64,000 nt of DNA from Chloroflexota bacterium. GTDB taxonomy: Bacteria > Chloroflexota > Anaerolineae > B4-G1 > SLSP01. Location of the stretch: assembly GCA_034717835.1 (NCBI GenBank), contig JAYELZ010000256.1, forward strand, positions 1,639 to 65,638. Direction: 5' to 3'. Positions within the stretch are counted from its first letter, which is position 1. Each line of letters opens with the position of its first letter. Positions 1 to 10,116 of this stretch are shown here, piece after piece. A program made the translations under genes and the position numbers. The notes under the pieces were generated by a model. It was not told where the DNA came from and did not search any database. It worked only from the letters and a program-made list of their open reading frames with translations.

Positions 1-2
1 GC

Positions 3-269
3 CGGCTGACGGGAAGTATCTCTGGCCCGCAATATCGGGTTGCCGGGCAAATTACGAATCAAGCCGCCGCGCTGGTAGAGCGGGTTACGGTGGTGATCAC
101 TCTCTATGATGACGAAGATAAGATCTTGGCTTATCGTAAAGCCCGGCTGACGGCCGTGGATGGTTTGGCCTCAAACCATCTGTTGGAATTTGCGTTATTG
201 TTAACTCCTAGGGGGAAAACTGAGCCTACTTCCTTCCAAGTATTAGCTTGGGGATACCAGGGCGATTGA
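3..269 (+). CDS. C-terminal fragment of an unidentified protein (open from the window edge, frame 3, stop TGA 267-269)
   Basis: Frame 3 is open from nt 3 to a TGA at 267-269. The translation ends ...LAYRKARLTAVDGLASNHLLEFALLLTPRGKTEPTSFQVLAWGYQGD. No family recognised by eye. Confidence 0.35.
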   Translation, partial: RLTGSISGPQYRVAGQITNQAAALVERVTVVITLYDDEDKILAYRKARLTAVDGLASNHLLEFALLLTPRGKTEPTSFQVLAWGYQGD

Positions 270-278
270 TGAGGTGAA

Positions 279-911
279 ATGGATAAGAAATATGCACGTA
301 TTTGCAAAATGTTATCGTTTGCTTTGTATACTTTAGGGCGTATGGAAGTGCAAGGTGTGGAAAACATTCCCTCAGAGGGGGGGTGTATTTTAGCCCTGAA
401 TCACATTAGCCGGTTGGATACTCCCTTAACTGGGATAACGAGTCCACGTCAGGTTTACGCCTTAGTGGCGGCTAAATATAAATCCTATCCGCTATTTAGT
501 TGGTTTATAGAAGCCATCGGTGGAATTTGGGTACAGCGCACGCAGTTTAGCCGTGAGCCGCTAATGACGGCCATTAAGGTGTTGAAGCGTGGGGATGTGT
601 TGGGTTTGGCACCTGAAGGCACTCGTTCTCCCCATGGCGCGTTGCAGCTAGGGAAGCCGGGAGTTGCATTTATCGCAGCTCATGCCGGCGTGCCCATTGT
701 TCCGGTGGGAATTACTGGAACGCAGAAGATGAGCGATTTGTTGCGCTTGCGCCGGATGCGGCTGAGCATAACTTACGGGGAACCTTTTTATCTGCCGAAG
801 AAGGGACGCTTGAGTTCAGAGGAACTGGCCGCCGCCACCGAACTTATCATGGTGCGTATTGCGGCATTACTGCCGCCGGCATATCGCGGGGTTTACGCGG
901 AAAAGATCTAA
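279..911 (+). CDS. plsC: 1-acyl-sn-glycerol-3-phosphate acyltransferase (PlsC family)
   Basis: 210 aa with the acyltransferase H(X)4D motif (LNHISRLD) and a PEGTRS motif. Confidence 0.75.
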   Translation: MDKKYARICKMLSFALYTLGRMEVQGVENIPSEGGCILALNHISRLDTPLTGITSPRQVYALVAAKYKSYPLFSWFIEAIGGIWVQRTQFSREPLMTAIKVLKRGDVLGLAPEGTRSPHGALQLGKPGVAFIAAHAGVPIVPVGITGTQKMSDLLRLRRMRLSITYGEPFYLPKKGRLSSEELAAATELIMVRIAALLPPAYRGVYAEKI

Positions 912-945
912 CGCCCTCATCTGATTGCACTAGTTTATTTTTGCT

Positions 946-973
946 TTGACTATCCAAAACCGTATGGTATGAT
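946..973 (+). promoter_or_regulatory. Sigma70-like promoter upstream of rpoB: TTGACT, 16-nt spacer, extended -10 TGgTATGAT
   Basis: TTGACT at 946-951 and TATGAT at 968-973 preceded by TGg. A ~240-nt leader with a perfect 7-bp hairpin (1158-1187) follows before the rpoB RBS. Confidence 0.35.
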
Positions 974-1211
974 GGTCAGTCGCAGTTGTGTGAGTTGGCA
1001 ATTGGGTTAGTGGAATAGGGAAGTTAAATATCTAGTAGTTTTGAACAACGTGATGCGGATTTGTGATGTACGAGCATCGCGTTTTGCTTGTTAGCTATAT
1101 TTACGTGGGCTACCATTCGATATTTCGTTACTTTGAAATGTTTAGTTAATTTAGAGCTGCGGAATTATTATCATTGCTATCCGCAGGAGACTCTGGGAGG
1201 AGAATACCAAT

Positions 1212-4200
1212 ATGCAGGGAACCGACCTGAGAGTTAAGTCGTACGCGCAAATCTCCAGTGTTTTGGACTTACCTGGCCTTGTAGAAGTCCAGTTAAAATC
1301 TTATCAGTGGTTGCTGGCTGAGGGTTTGCAGCAACTCTTTGATGAGATATCTCCTATTGAGAGCTACAATGGTCAGCTGAGCCTTTATTTGCCCGGTAAG
1401 CGGGCCCAGGAGGCGGAATTTGATCTGAGCTATCGTTTTGTCGAGTCTAAATACTCTCGCCAGGAGTGCGTAGATCGCGATCTGACTTTTGCGGTCCCGC
1501 TTTATGTGGATGTCGCTTTGGTGAATCGCGAAACTAGCGAGATCGTCCAGCAGGAAATTTTCATGGGCAATCTGCCCTTGATGGCTGAGAATGCTACCTT
1601 TATCATCAATGGCACAGAGCGGGTAATCGTTAGTCAGTTAATTCGTTCGCCAGGTGTTTACTTTGATGTAGACGATGATGGTGGTCACCGCTTGGCGACT
1701 GCCAAAATGATTCCTGACCGTGGTGCGTGGATGCAATTTGAGACTCGCAAGTCCGGATATTTGACCTTGCGTTTTAATCGCAAACGGATCATTCCGGTTA
1801 CGCTTTTTCTGCGTGCCTTGGCAGCGATTGACGATGAATTGCACAGCGAGGTATTGAGTCAGGGCACTGACGAGGAGCTGACGGATATTTTTGAGGCTGC
1901 TGATAATGACCCTGATCACCCTTGGATTGCGACCACGATACGTCAGGAACCGGAATTGGAGCTGCGTGGTGGTAAGTATACTATAGCTCAGGCGGCGTTG
2001 ATAGAGTTCTATCGCCGTATGCGTCCTGGCGATCCGGCAACTTTAGAGAATGCTGAAGAGTATCTGACTTCGCAGATCTTTAACCCGCAACGTTACAACC
2101 TCCAGAAGGTGGGGCGCTACAAATTGAATCAGCGTATGGGCTTGAATATCCCCATGTCCGTCCGCACTATCACGAAAGAGGATTTGGTGGCCTTCGTGCG
2201 GCGTATGATTCATATCAACAATGGCGTCGCCGGCCCTGATGACATGGATCACCTGGGGAACCGCCGGGTAAAAACGGTGGGTGAATTGGTACAGGCTAAA
2301 TTGCGTGTAGGTATGGTACGGATGGAGCGAGTGATCAAGGAACGCATGAGTATCCGTGATGATTCTCCTACTCCGGTGAGCCTCATCAACATTCGTCCAG
2401 TGGTAGGTGTGATCCGTGAATTCTTCGGTTCAAGTCAGCTCTCGCAATTTATGGAGCAGACCAACCCCTTGGCCAGTCTCACTCATAAGCGTACGCTCTC
2501 CGCGCTAGGCCCGGGCGGGTTGAAGCGTGAGCGAGCCGGTTTTGATGTGCGTGACGTGCATAACAGCCACTATGGGCGCATTTGTCCAATTGAGACCCCA
2601 GAAGGGCCGAACATTGGTTTGATTGGGCGGCTGGCTACTTATGCTCGTGTGAATGATCTGGGATTTATTGAAACCCCTTATCGGAGAGTAATTCGTGTGG
2701 TTCCCAATGTCAAGGAGAAACTACTCGGAGAGACCTTGCGCCAAGCTGTAAGGGACCCCGATACCGGGGAAGTGATAGCCGAAGCTGGCGTGGTAGTAGA
2801 CGAGGCGTTGGCTGAAAGGATAGTTGCGTTACCTTTGAGCGATAATGTTAAGGTGGTGCCGCATGTGACCACTGATATTGATTACCTCTCCGCTGATCGA
2901 GAGGAGGTTTACGCTATTGCGCAGGCTAATACTGAGTTGAACGAAAACGGATGTTTTATTAACCGCCGTGTTTCGGCACGTAAGGGCGGGCAGTTTCTCT
3001 CGACTTCACCGGAGCGTATAGATTATATAGATGTAGCTCCCTTGCAGATCGTGGGGGTTTCTGCGGCTTTGATTCCCTTCCTATCACACGATGATGCTAA
3101 TCGCGCTCTGATGGGTTCAAACATGCAGCGGCAAGGCGTTCCGTTGGTTTCGACGGACGCTCCGCTGGTGGGCACCGGCATGGAAGGCCCGGCTGCGGCG
3201 AACTCGGGGCTAGTGGTGATCGCTCGCCAGTCGGGCGTGGTCTTGAATGTGACGGGTGAAAAAATTAAGGTGCGGTCTGATGATGGCGAGATTGAAACCT
3301 ACCAGCTGTTAAAGTACACGCGTTCTAATCAGAGCACCTGTTTTGATCAACGCCCGATTGTCAATAAAGGTCAACGTGTAGAGGCTGGTGATATTCTAGC
3401 CGATAGTTCTTCCACTGAACAAGGTAATTTGGCGCTAGGTCAGAATGTCTTGGTGGCATTCATGTCATGGAGAGGGGGAAACTTCGAGGACGCTATTTTG
3501 CTCAATGAGGAACTGGCTCGTCAGGATAAATTCACCTCTATTCACATGGAAGAGTACGAGCTTGTGGCGCGAGATACCAAGCTAGGGCCAGAGGAAGTTA
3601 CCTCTGAGATTCCTAACGTTTCTGAAAGCGCTTTAAGTGATCTTGATGAGGAGGGTATTGTCCGCGTGGGGGCAGAGGTTGGCCCGCTAGATATCCTGGT
3701 AGGGAAAATTACTCCTAAAGGCGAGAAGGAGCTTACTCCAGAGGAGAAATTGCTACGGGCTATCTTTGGTGAAAAGTTGCGGGATGTGAAGGATACCAGT
3801 ATGCGCATGCCGCATGGGGCACGAGGTAAAGTGGTTGACGTGAAGGTCTTCTCGCGTGAAGAGTATCGCGATCTGCCCGCTGGAGTGGAGAAGGTAGTGC
3901 GTGTTTATGTGGCACAACGTCGCGTGATTACGGCTGGCGATAAGATGGCTGGACGCCATGGCAACAAAGGCGTGGTTTCCGAGGTAGTCCCGAGGGCCGA
4001 TATGCCTTATCTAGAGAGTGGCCGGGAAATTGACATTATTCTTAATCCGTTGGGTGTGCCGGGGCGCATGAATATTGGGCAGGTACTGGAAACCCATCTG
4101 GGTTGGGCCGCCGAGCGACTAGGTTTCCATACGGTCACGCCGGTTTTTGATGGTGCCAATGAGACCGAGATCGCTGCTGATATGGCGCGTGCTTGGCTGA

Positions 4201-5117
4201 TTGATAAGGCCGAGAATGAGATTATGGAGCGCGCTTGGGGCTGGTTCAAGGCGCAGGAATATGATTTGGAGCAGTTGACCAGTGATGTTGAAGCGCGTCT
4301 CATCTACGTGGCAGCTTGGCTTTCCCCGTTGGGCTACGATCTAGATTTATTGCGCGATGATGAGACTTATGCCCGCCGTTCGGTATTGCGGGAATGGCTG
4401 CGCGAGCAAGGGTATAATCCTGACGAAATACTAGTTTTTGAAAAGGATCCCCGCAGTAGCCGTGAGAAAGAAGAATCGGATCTTATAGCTACTAATGTGT
4501 GTTTGCACTTTTGGGCTGAAGAGCAAGGAAGAGATCTTGGCGAGCTATCTGGGGAGGAGTTACAGTTGGCCGCCACCCGCATTAGCATTCAGGAAAATCT
4601 ACCTCTTCCCACGTTGGGGAAGATGCAACTCTACGATGGCAGAACGGGTCGTCCTTTTGATCAACCTATTACAGTAGGTGTGGTCTATATGCTCAAATTG
4701 CACCACTTGATTGAGGATAAGGTTCATACTCGCTCTACTGGCCCCTATTCGCTGGTGACGCAACAGCCGCTGGGCGGTAAAGCCCAGTTCGGTGGGCAGC
4801 GCTTTGGCGAGATGGAAGTCTGGGCATTGGAGGCTTATGGCGCTGCTTATGTTCTTCAGGAGATGTTGACCATCAAATCCGATGATGTGCAGGGGCGTGT
4901 TAGCGCTTACGAATCTATCGTTAAGGGATTGCCTATTGAAGAACCCGGTATTCCGGCTTCTTTCAATGTATTGGTGAAAGAACTGCAAAGTTTGGCGCTT
5001 GCTGTGGAAGCGGTCACCGATACAGGCGAGGTATTGCGGTTCGCTCGAGAACGGAAAGATGCGAAGTTGCCGAAATTGGGTATGGGATTGTTGGGGTTAG
5101 TTTCCGAGCGACGGTGA
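1212..5117 (+). CDS. rpoB: DNA-directed RNA polymerase subunit beta
   Basis: 1301 aa with beta-subunit signature blocks: NGTERVIVSQLIRSPGVYF, AGRHGNKGVVSEV..NPLGVPGRMNIGQ, GGQRFGEMEVWALEAYGAAYVLQEMLTIKSDD. Carries a lineage-specific insertion near aa 990-1130. Confidence 0.97.
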   Translation: MQGTDLRVKSYAQISSVLDLPGLVEVQLKSYQWLLAEGLQQLFDEISPIESYNGQLSLYLPGKRAQEAEFDLSYRFVESKYSRQECVDRDLTFAVPLYVDVALVNRETSEIVQQEIFMGNLPLMAENATFIINGTERVIVSQLIRSPGVYFDVDDDGGHRLATAKMIPDRGAWMQFETRKSGYLTLRFNRKRIIPVTLFLRALAAIDDELHSEVLSQGTDEELTDIFEAADNDPDHPWIATTIRQEPELELRGGKYTIAQAALIEFYRRMRPGDPATLENAEEYLTSQIFNPQRYNLQKVGRYKLNQRMGLNIPMSVRTITKEDLVAFVRRMIHINNGVAGPDDMDHLGNRRVKTVGELVQAKLRVGMVRMERVIKERMSIRDDSPTPVSLINIRPVVGVIREFFGSSQLSQFMEQTNPLASLTHKRTLSALGPGGLKRERAGFDVRDVHNSHYGRICPIETPEGPNIGLIGRLATYARVNDLGFIETPYRRVIRVVPNVKEKLLGETLRQAVRDPDTGEVIAEAGVVVDEALAERIVALPLSDNVKVVPHVTTDIDYLSADREEVYAIAQANTELNENGCFINRRVSARKGGQFLSTSPERIDYIDVAPLQIVGVSAALIPFLSHDDANRALMGSNMQRQGVPLVSTDAPLVGTGMEGPAAANSGLVVIARQSGVVLNVTGEKIKVRSDDGEIETYQLLKYTRSNQSTCFDQRPIVNKGQRVEAGDILADSSSTEQGNLALGQNVLVAFMSWRGGNFEDAILLNEELARQDKFTSIHMEEYELVARDTKLGPEEVTSEIPNVSESALSDLDEEGIVRVGAEVGPLDILVGKITPKGEKELTPEEKLLRAIFGEKLRDVKDTSMRMPHGARGKVVDVKVFSREEYRDLPAGVEKVVRVYVAQRRVITAGDKMAGRHGNKGVVSEVVPRADMPYLESGREIDIILNPLGVPGRMNIGQVLETHLGWAAERLGFHTVTPVFDGANETEIAADMARAWLIDKAENEIMERAWGWFKAQEYDLEQLTSDVEARLIYVAAWLSPLGYDLDLLRDDETYARRSVLREWLREQGYNPDEILVFEKDPRSSREKEESDLIATNVCLHFWAEEQGRDLGELSGEELQLAATRISIQENLPLPTLGKMQLYDGRTGRPFDQPITVGVVYMLKLHHLIEDKVHTRSTGPYSLVTQQPLGGKAQFGGQRFGEMEVWALEAYGAAYVLQEMLTIKSDDVQGRVSAYESIVKGLPIEEPGIPASFNVLVKELQSLALAVEAVTDTGEVLRFARERKDAKLPKLGMGLLGLVSERR

Positions 5118-5180
5118 GAATTTTCTAGCGAGGTGGTCACAGCTGGTGATTTTGCCCTGGTGGGATTAGCCTGTGATGAG

Positions 5181-5208
5181 TTGACGTTTTTTGTCACTAT
5201 GGTAGAAT
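5181..5208 (+). promoter_or_regulatory. Candidate promoter for rpsL-rpsG-fusA-tuf: TTGACG, 16 nt, TAGAAT
   Basis: TTGACG at 5181-5186 and TAGAAT at 5203-5208. Two perfect 9-bp hairpins follow in the leader (5210-5237 and 5277-5300), the second 29 nt before the rpsL GTG start. Confidence 0.35.
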
Positions 5209-5328
5209 TCAGTTTCGCAGGAAGGGCAGCGAAACTGCTTCCCATTAAAATTGTTTGATATTTAGGTCGTCAAAAGAGGCCATCAGAGCCATGATGGCCT
5301 TGTTCAATGGATTTATCAGGAGGAAAAA

Positions 5329-5742
5329 GTGCCCACGATTAACCAGTTGGTTCGTAAGGGGCGAGAGCGGAAGGAAAGCAAGTCTAAGTCGCCCGCTCTG
5401 CAATATAATTTTAATTCACTAAAGGGAAAGCGATTACGGGTAAAAAAAGGTAATCCGCAGAAGCGCGGTGTTTGCACCGTGGTACGTACCACTACGCCGA
5501 AGAAGCCTAATTCAGCATTGCGCAAAATTGCACGTGTGCGCCTCTCGAATCGGTTAGAGGTCACGGCTTACATCCCCGGTGAGGGGCATAATTTACAGGA
5601 GCACTCTGTGGTGCTGGTGCGTGGCGGTCGTGTGAAGGACCTCCCCGGTGTGCGTTATCACATTGTCCGAGGGGTTTTGGATACTAGCGGGGTAGATGGT
5701 CGCCAGCAGAAACGGTCCAAGTACGGGGCCAAAAAGTCCTGA
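5329..5742 (+). CDS. rpsL: 30S ribosomal protein S12
   Basis: Begins [11 protein letters not shown] and contains [13 protein letters not shown] start with a cAGGAGG RBS. Confidence 0.95.
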   Translation: MPTINQLVRKGRERKESKSKSPALQYNFNSLKGKRLRVKKGNPQKRGVCTVVRTTTPKKPNSALRKIARVRLSNRLEVTAYIPGEGHNLQEHSVVLVRGGRVKDLPGVRYHIVRGVLDTSGVDGRQQKRSKYGAKKS

Positions 5743-5762
5743 TAGAGGGAGAGAGGTAAAGT

Positions 5763-6233
5763 ATGCCGAGAAGATATCGTCCAGCCAAGCGGAAGATTGA
5801 ACCTGATATTCGTTATGGTAGTGTAGCGGTTGAGAAATTCATCAACCGGATGATGATGGGTGGTAAGAAGAGTATTTCTCGCCGAATTATGTACGATGCG
5901 CTAAGCAGTATTGAGGAACGGACCGGCAAACCTGCGTTAGAGGTTTTTGAAGAGGCAATGAACAATGTCATGCCGTCGGTAGAGGTGCGGGCGCGCCGTG
6001 TGGGTGGTTCAACTTATCAAGTGCCTACCGAGGTTGACAGCTATCGTAGGAAGTCCCTGGGTATTCGCTGGCTATTGCTAGCGGCGCGTAATCGGGGTGA
6101 ACGTGGTATGTCCAATAAGTTGGCGGCAGAACTTTTAGATGCGGCCAATGGGGCGGGATCGGCCGTTAAGCGCCGCGAGGAAATTTATCGCATGGCGGAG
6201 GCCAATCGCGCATTTGCGCATTTGCGTTGGTAG
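5763..6233 (+). CDS. rpsG: 30S ribosomal protein S7
   Basis: 156 aa with S7 homology (MPRR..., KFIN..MM.GKKS), directly after rpsL. Confidence 0.95.
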   Translation: MPRRYRPAKRKIEPDIRYGSVAVEKFINRMMMGGKKSISRRIMYDALSSIEERTGKPALEVFEEAMNNVMPSVEVRARRVGGSTYQVPTEVDSYRRKSLGIRWLLLAARNRGERGMSNKLAAELLDAANGAGSAVKRREEIYRMAEANRAFAHLRW

Positions 6234-6286
6234 TTTAGATTCAGGGTCGTCGTCGTAAGGGTTAGGTAGCGAGGGATTTAACGGCG

Positions 6287-8362
6287 ATGGTTAGTAAAGC
6301 ACATTCACTGGCGAATATTAGAAATATCGGAATTATTGCCCACATTGATGCGGGGAAGACGACGACGACTGAGCGGATTCTCTACTACACCGGGCGTACT
6401 CATCGGCTGGGAAACGTTGATGACGGTACCACGATTACGGATTGGATGATCCAAGAGCGTGAGCGTGGGATTACTATCACTTCAGCGGCTGTAACGTGTT
6501 TTTGGCGCGACTTTCAGATTAATATTGTTGACACGCCGGGACATATTGATTTCACCGCAGAGGTGCAGCGCAGTTTGCGAGTACTTGATGGTGGTGTGGC
6601 GATCTTTGATGGGGTGGTAGGAGTTGAGCCACAATCAGAGACGGTATGGCGTCAGGCGCGTTCGTTCGGGGTTCCCCTGGTGGTGTTCATCAATAAGATG
6701 GATAAGTTGGGGGCTAATTTTGAGCACGCAGTAGAGACGTTGCGCGAGCAACTGCATGCCAATCCGGTAATAGTTCAGTGGCCGATTGGTGCAGAATCTA
6801 ATTTCGAGGGTGTGGTGGATCTGCTGTCCTGGCGGGCGATAGTCTGGCAAGATAAATTGGGTGCGGAACTAAAAGAGGTTCCTATTCCAACTGCGTTATT
6901 GACAACGGCGCGTGCGGCCAGGGAAGTGATGATCGAGACCCTCGTAGAGACTGATGACGCATTAATGATGCGCTATTTGGAGGGTGAGGAAATCCCCGCG
7001 GCGGATCTGCGAAGCGCTTTGCGAGCGGCTACCATTGTGGGTGACATGCAGCCGGTATTGTGCGGTTCAGCATTGCGAAACAAAGGGGTGCAATCTCTGT
7101 TGGATGCGGTGGTGGATTATCTGCCTTCACCAGTAGATGTCCCTCCTGTCCAGGGAGAGACTAATAAGGGTCCCCAGGAACGTTTGGCGAATTCGGAAGC
7201 ACCGTTGGCTGCTTTGATCTTTAAAATTGCTACAGATCCCTATGCAGGGCGATTAGCTTATTTCCGCGTTTACTCTGGTGAGATACGCCGGGGTGAGGTT
7301 GTCTATAACGCGGGTAAAAGAACGCGCGAGCGGATACCTAAGCTGTTACGCATGTTCGCTGATCATCGCGAGGAAGTAGATAAAATTGAAGCTGGCGACA
7401 TCGGTGCCACGGTGGCCTTGAAGAATAGTTTTACTGGCGATACTCTCAGTGCCGTCAATGCTCCTATTATTTTAGAGAATATCGATTTCCCAGAGCCGGT
7501 AATTTCGGTGGCAGTTGAGCCAAAGACCATTGCTGATCAGGCCCGTCTTGAAGAGGCATTGGTTCGCTTGGCAGAAGAAGATCCTACCTTCGGGGTCAGG
7601 ATAGACGAGGGTACAGGGCAGACGATCCTTTCGGGAATGGGAGAGCTCCATTTGGAGATTTTGGTGGATCGGATGTTGCGGGAATTCAACGTGCAGGCTA
7701 ATGTGGGACGCCCGCGAGTGACGTACAAAGAAGCGATTACAAAATCTGCTTCGGCTGAGATAATTTTTGACCGTATGTTGGCCGGTAAGTCGCAATATGC
7801 ACGAGTCAATATCAGGGTCTCTCCACTGGAGGGCGGCGGAGAAGCATGTTTCGTGAGTGCTGTGAACACCGCGAGTTTTGCGAGCGATTTTGAGGCCGCT
7901 GTGCGTGCAGGTATTATGGAATCAATGGATAGTGGCTTTCTGGCGGGTTATCCGTTGGTTGGTTTGAAGGTTATATTGACTGGTGTTGGGGTAGATGAAG
8001 AGAAATCTACCGAGATGGCCTTCAAGGCCGCGGCAGCTCAGGCATTGCGAGTGGCGGTTGAGGCTGCCAGTCCGACGCTTTTGGAGCCAGTTATGAATGT
8101 GGAGGTCGTGGCTCCCGAGCGGTTTTTAGGGGACGTGTTGGGAGATCTCAACGGGCGGGGGGCAGATATACGGTTACTGAATCCGCGTGCGGGAGATGTG
8201 CAGGCAATTCTGGCCTATATTCCTCTGGTGCAGATGTTTGGCTACGCAACTGATTTACGTAGCTCAACGCAGGGAAGAGGAACATTCACGATGGAGTTTG
8301 ATCATTATGATCCCGTCGCGTCTCAGAAGATGTCTACTATCCTTTATGGTAGTTGGTGTTAA
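6287..8362 (+). CDS. fusA: Elongation factor G
   Basis: 691 aa with G1 AHIDAGKTT, DTPGH, NKMD and the EF-G domain order. Confidence 0.95.
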   Translation: MVSKAHSLANIRNIGIIAHIDAGKTTTTERILYYTGRTHRLGNVDDGTTITDWMIQERERGITITSAAVTCFWRDFQINIVDTPGHIDFTAEVQRSLRVLDGGVAIFDGVVGVEPQSETVWRQARSFGVPLVVFINKMDKLGANFEHAVETLREQLHANPVIVQWPIGAESNFEGVVDLLSWRAIVWQDKLGAELKEVPIPTALLTTARAAREVMIETLVETDDALMMRYLEGEEIPAADLRSALRAATIVGDMQPVLCGSALRNKGVQSLLDAVVDYLPSPVDVPPVQGETNKGPQERLANSEAPLAALIFKIATDPYAGRLAYFRVYSGEIRRGEVVYNAGKRTRERIPKLLRMFADHREEVDKIEAGDIGATVALKNSFTGDTLSAVNAPIILENIDFPEPVISVAVEPKTIADQARLEEALVRLAEEDPTFGVRIDEGTGQTILSGMGELHLEILVDRMLREFNVQANVGRPRVTYKEAITKSASAEIIFDRMLAGKSQYARVNIRVSPLEGGGEACFVSAVNTASFASDFEAAVRAGIMESMDSGFLAGYPLVGLKVILTGVGVDEEKSTEMAFKAAAAQALRVAVEAASPTLLEPVMNVEVVAPERFLGDVLGDLNGRGADIRLLNPRAGDVQAILAYIPLVQMFGYATDLRSSTQGRGTFTMEFDHYDPVASQKMSTILYGSWC

Positions 8363-8410
8363 AGAGCAATTGGATTATATAAGTAAAATAAGTGATAAGG
8401 AGAGAATACA

Positions 8411-9628
8411 ATGGCTAAGGAGAAATTTGAACGCACTAAGCCGCATGTGAATGTTGGTACGATTGGTCACATTGATCATGGCAAAACGACATTGACGGCT
8501 GCAATTACGCGCGTACTATCAACTAAGGGTTGGTCAGATTATAAGGCTTATGATGAAGTAGCAAAGGCGGATGCTAAGATGTTCCGCCGTGACGCGACCA
8601 AGATTCTAACGGTTGCTATTTCTCACGTGGAATATGAGACTGAAAATCGTCACTACGCTCACGTGGATTGCCCTGGCCACCGTGACTACATTAAAAACAT
8701 GATCACGGGTGCTGCGCAGATGGACGGCGCGATTTTGGTGGTTTCCGCGGTTGATGGCCCTATGCCCCAGACCCGCGAGCACATCTTGCTGGCCCGTCAG
8801 GTTGAGGTCCCCGCAGTTGTAGTCTTCCTGAACAAGGTTGACTTGATGGATGACCCCGAGCTCCTGGAGCTGGTGGAGTTGGAGATCGCTGAGTTGCTGG
8901 ATTCTTACGGCTTCCCCGGCGATGAGATTCCAATTGTGCGTGGCTCCGCGCTTGAGGCGTTGAATTGTGAGAGCGATGATCCTGAAGATCCAGCCTATGC
9001 CCCCATTTGGGAGCTGATGCGGGTGATCGATGACTACATTCCCACCCCGGAACGTGACGAGGATCGCCCTTTCTTGATGCCCATTGAGGATGTTTTCTCC
9101 ATCAAAGGGCGTGGCACGGTAGTAACCGGGCGTGTTACTCGTGGTACGATGAAGCCCAATACACCGGTTCAACTGGTGGGGTTGGAAGAAAAACCGCGCG
9201 AAACCGTAGTTACCTCCATGGAGATGTTTCACAAGATACTAGATGAGGTTAAGGCTGGTGATAATGCCGGTTTGTTGCTTCGTGGCGTGGGCAAGGATGA
9301 GGTCGGTCGTGGTATCGTTGTCGCTAAACCTGGCTCCATTATGGCTAAGCGGCATTTCAAGGCTGAGGTTTATATCCTCAAGCGCGATGAAGGTGGACGA
9401 CACAAGCCATTCTTCACTGGTTATAAACCGCAGTTCTATATTCGCACCATGGATGTTACTGGTCAAATCTCTCTCCCCGAGGGTGTGGAGATGGTGATGC
9501 CTGGTGATAGATGCGAGATGAAAGTTGAGTTGATTTACCCGGTGGCTCTAGAGAAGGGCGCGCGCTTCGCTATTCGTGAAGGGGGGTTGACGGTTGGTGC
9601 AGGCGCTATTACTGAGGTGTTGGACTAA
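8411..9628 (+). CDS. tuf: Elongation factor Tu (switch I region unusually divergent)
   Basis: 405 aa with [27 protein letters not shown] and the EF-Tu C-terminal domains. Residues ~35-60 read ...[21 protein letters not shown] instead of the canonical ...DNAPEEKARGITINTAH. Confidence 0.93.
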   Translation: MAKEKFERTKPHVNVGTIGHIDHGKTTLTAAITRVLSTKGWSDYKAYDEVAKADAKMFRRDATKILTVAISHVEYETENRHYAHVDCPGHRDYIKNMITGAAQMDGAILVVSAVDGPMPQTREHILLARQVEVPAVVVFLNKVDLMDDPELLELVELEIAELLDSYGFPGDEIPIVRGSALEALNCESDDPEDPAYAPIWELMRVIDDYIPTPERDEDRPFLMPIEDVFSIKGRGTVVTGRVTRGTMKPNTPVQLVGLEEKPRETVVTSMEMFHKILDEVKAGDNAGLLLRGVGKDEVGRGIVVAKPGSIMAKRHFKAEVYILKRDEGGRHKPFFTGYKPQFYIRTMDVTGQISLPEGVEMVMPGDRCEMKVELIYPVALEKGARFAIREGGLTVGAGAITEVLD

Positions 9629-9655
9629 GCTGGCTAGTTTTAATTCAGGTGGTTT

Positions 9656-9964
9656 ATGAGCAAACAGCGTATTCGAATTCGACTTAAGGCGTATGATCAT
9701 AGATTGTTGGATGAATCTGCCTCGCGTATTGTTGAGGCGGCTGAGCGTACTGGGGTAGGTGTGGTTGGGCCAGTACCTTTGCCGACAAGGAAAGAGCGTT
9801 TTACCTTACGCCGTTCCCCGTTTATTGATAAAGATAGTCACGAACACTTTGAAATCCGCACGCACAAGCGTTTGATTGATATTGTGGAGCCGGATTCAAA
9901 AACGATTGACACCCTGATGCGGCTTAATATGCCCGCAGGCGTGGATATTGAGATAAAGCTCTAA
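9656..9964 (+). CDS. rpsJ: 30S ribosomal protein S10
   Basis: 102 aa beginning [19 protein letters not shown]. Confidence 0.95.
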   Translation: MSKQRIRIRLKAYDHRLLDESASRIVEAAERTGVGVVGPVPLPTRKERFTLRRSPFIDKDSHEHFEIRTHKRLIDIVEPDSKTIDTLMRLNMPAGVDIEIKL

Positions 9965-10007
9965 GGGTTGTGTCTGAGACTAGATCTCAGTGATCTTTCT
10001 GATTTAT

Positions 10008-10049
10008 CACTCCCCCCCCCGGTGGATTTGCTGTTGGGGGGGGATGGTG
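10008..10049 (+). promoter_or_regulatory. Homopolymer hairpin (C9...G8) in the rpsJ-rplC intercistronic region
   Basis: cactCCCCCCCCCggtggatttgctgttGGGGGGGGatggtg. Two smaller hairpins lie just upstream at 9975-9990 and 9992-10012. The gap is 152 nt, where ribosomal operons are normally tightly packed. Confidence 0.4.
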
Positions 10050-10116
10050 TGAATCGGACTCAGGGATGATGTGGCGAATTAAGATGCTGGCAGTCCCAGG
10101 GAGGTAGTTGAGGAAA

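Noticed and set aside
5210-5237. 9-bp hairpin after rpoB as the rpoB terminator
   Set aside because: It lies about 90 nt after the stop, downstream of the putative rpsL promoter -10, and lacks a T-run. More likely a 5' leader structure than a terminator. Left unassigned.
8187-8450. 87-aa + strand ORF spanning the fusA 3' end and the tuf start
   Set aside because: It overlaps the fusA and tuf coding frames, which belong to highly conserved genes. A spurious alternative frame.
8500-8640. Frameshift or pseudogene in tuf explaining the divergent switch I peptide
   Set aside because: Neither alternative frame yields the canonical ARGITIN peptide (both hit stops). The reading frame is continuous and the flanking sequence is perfectly conserved.
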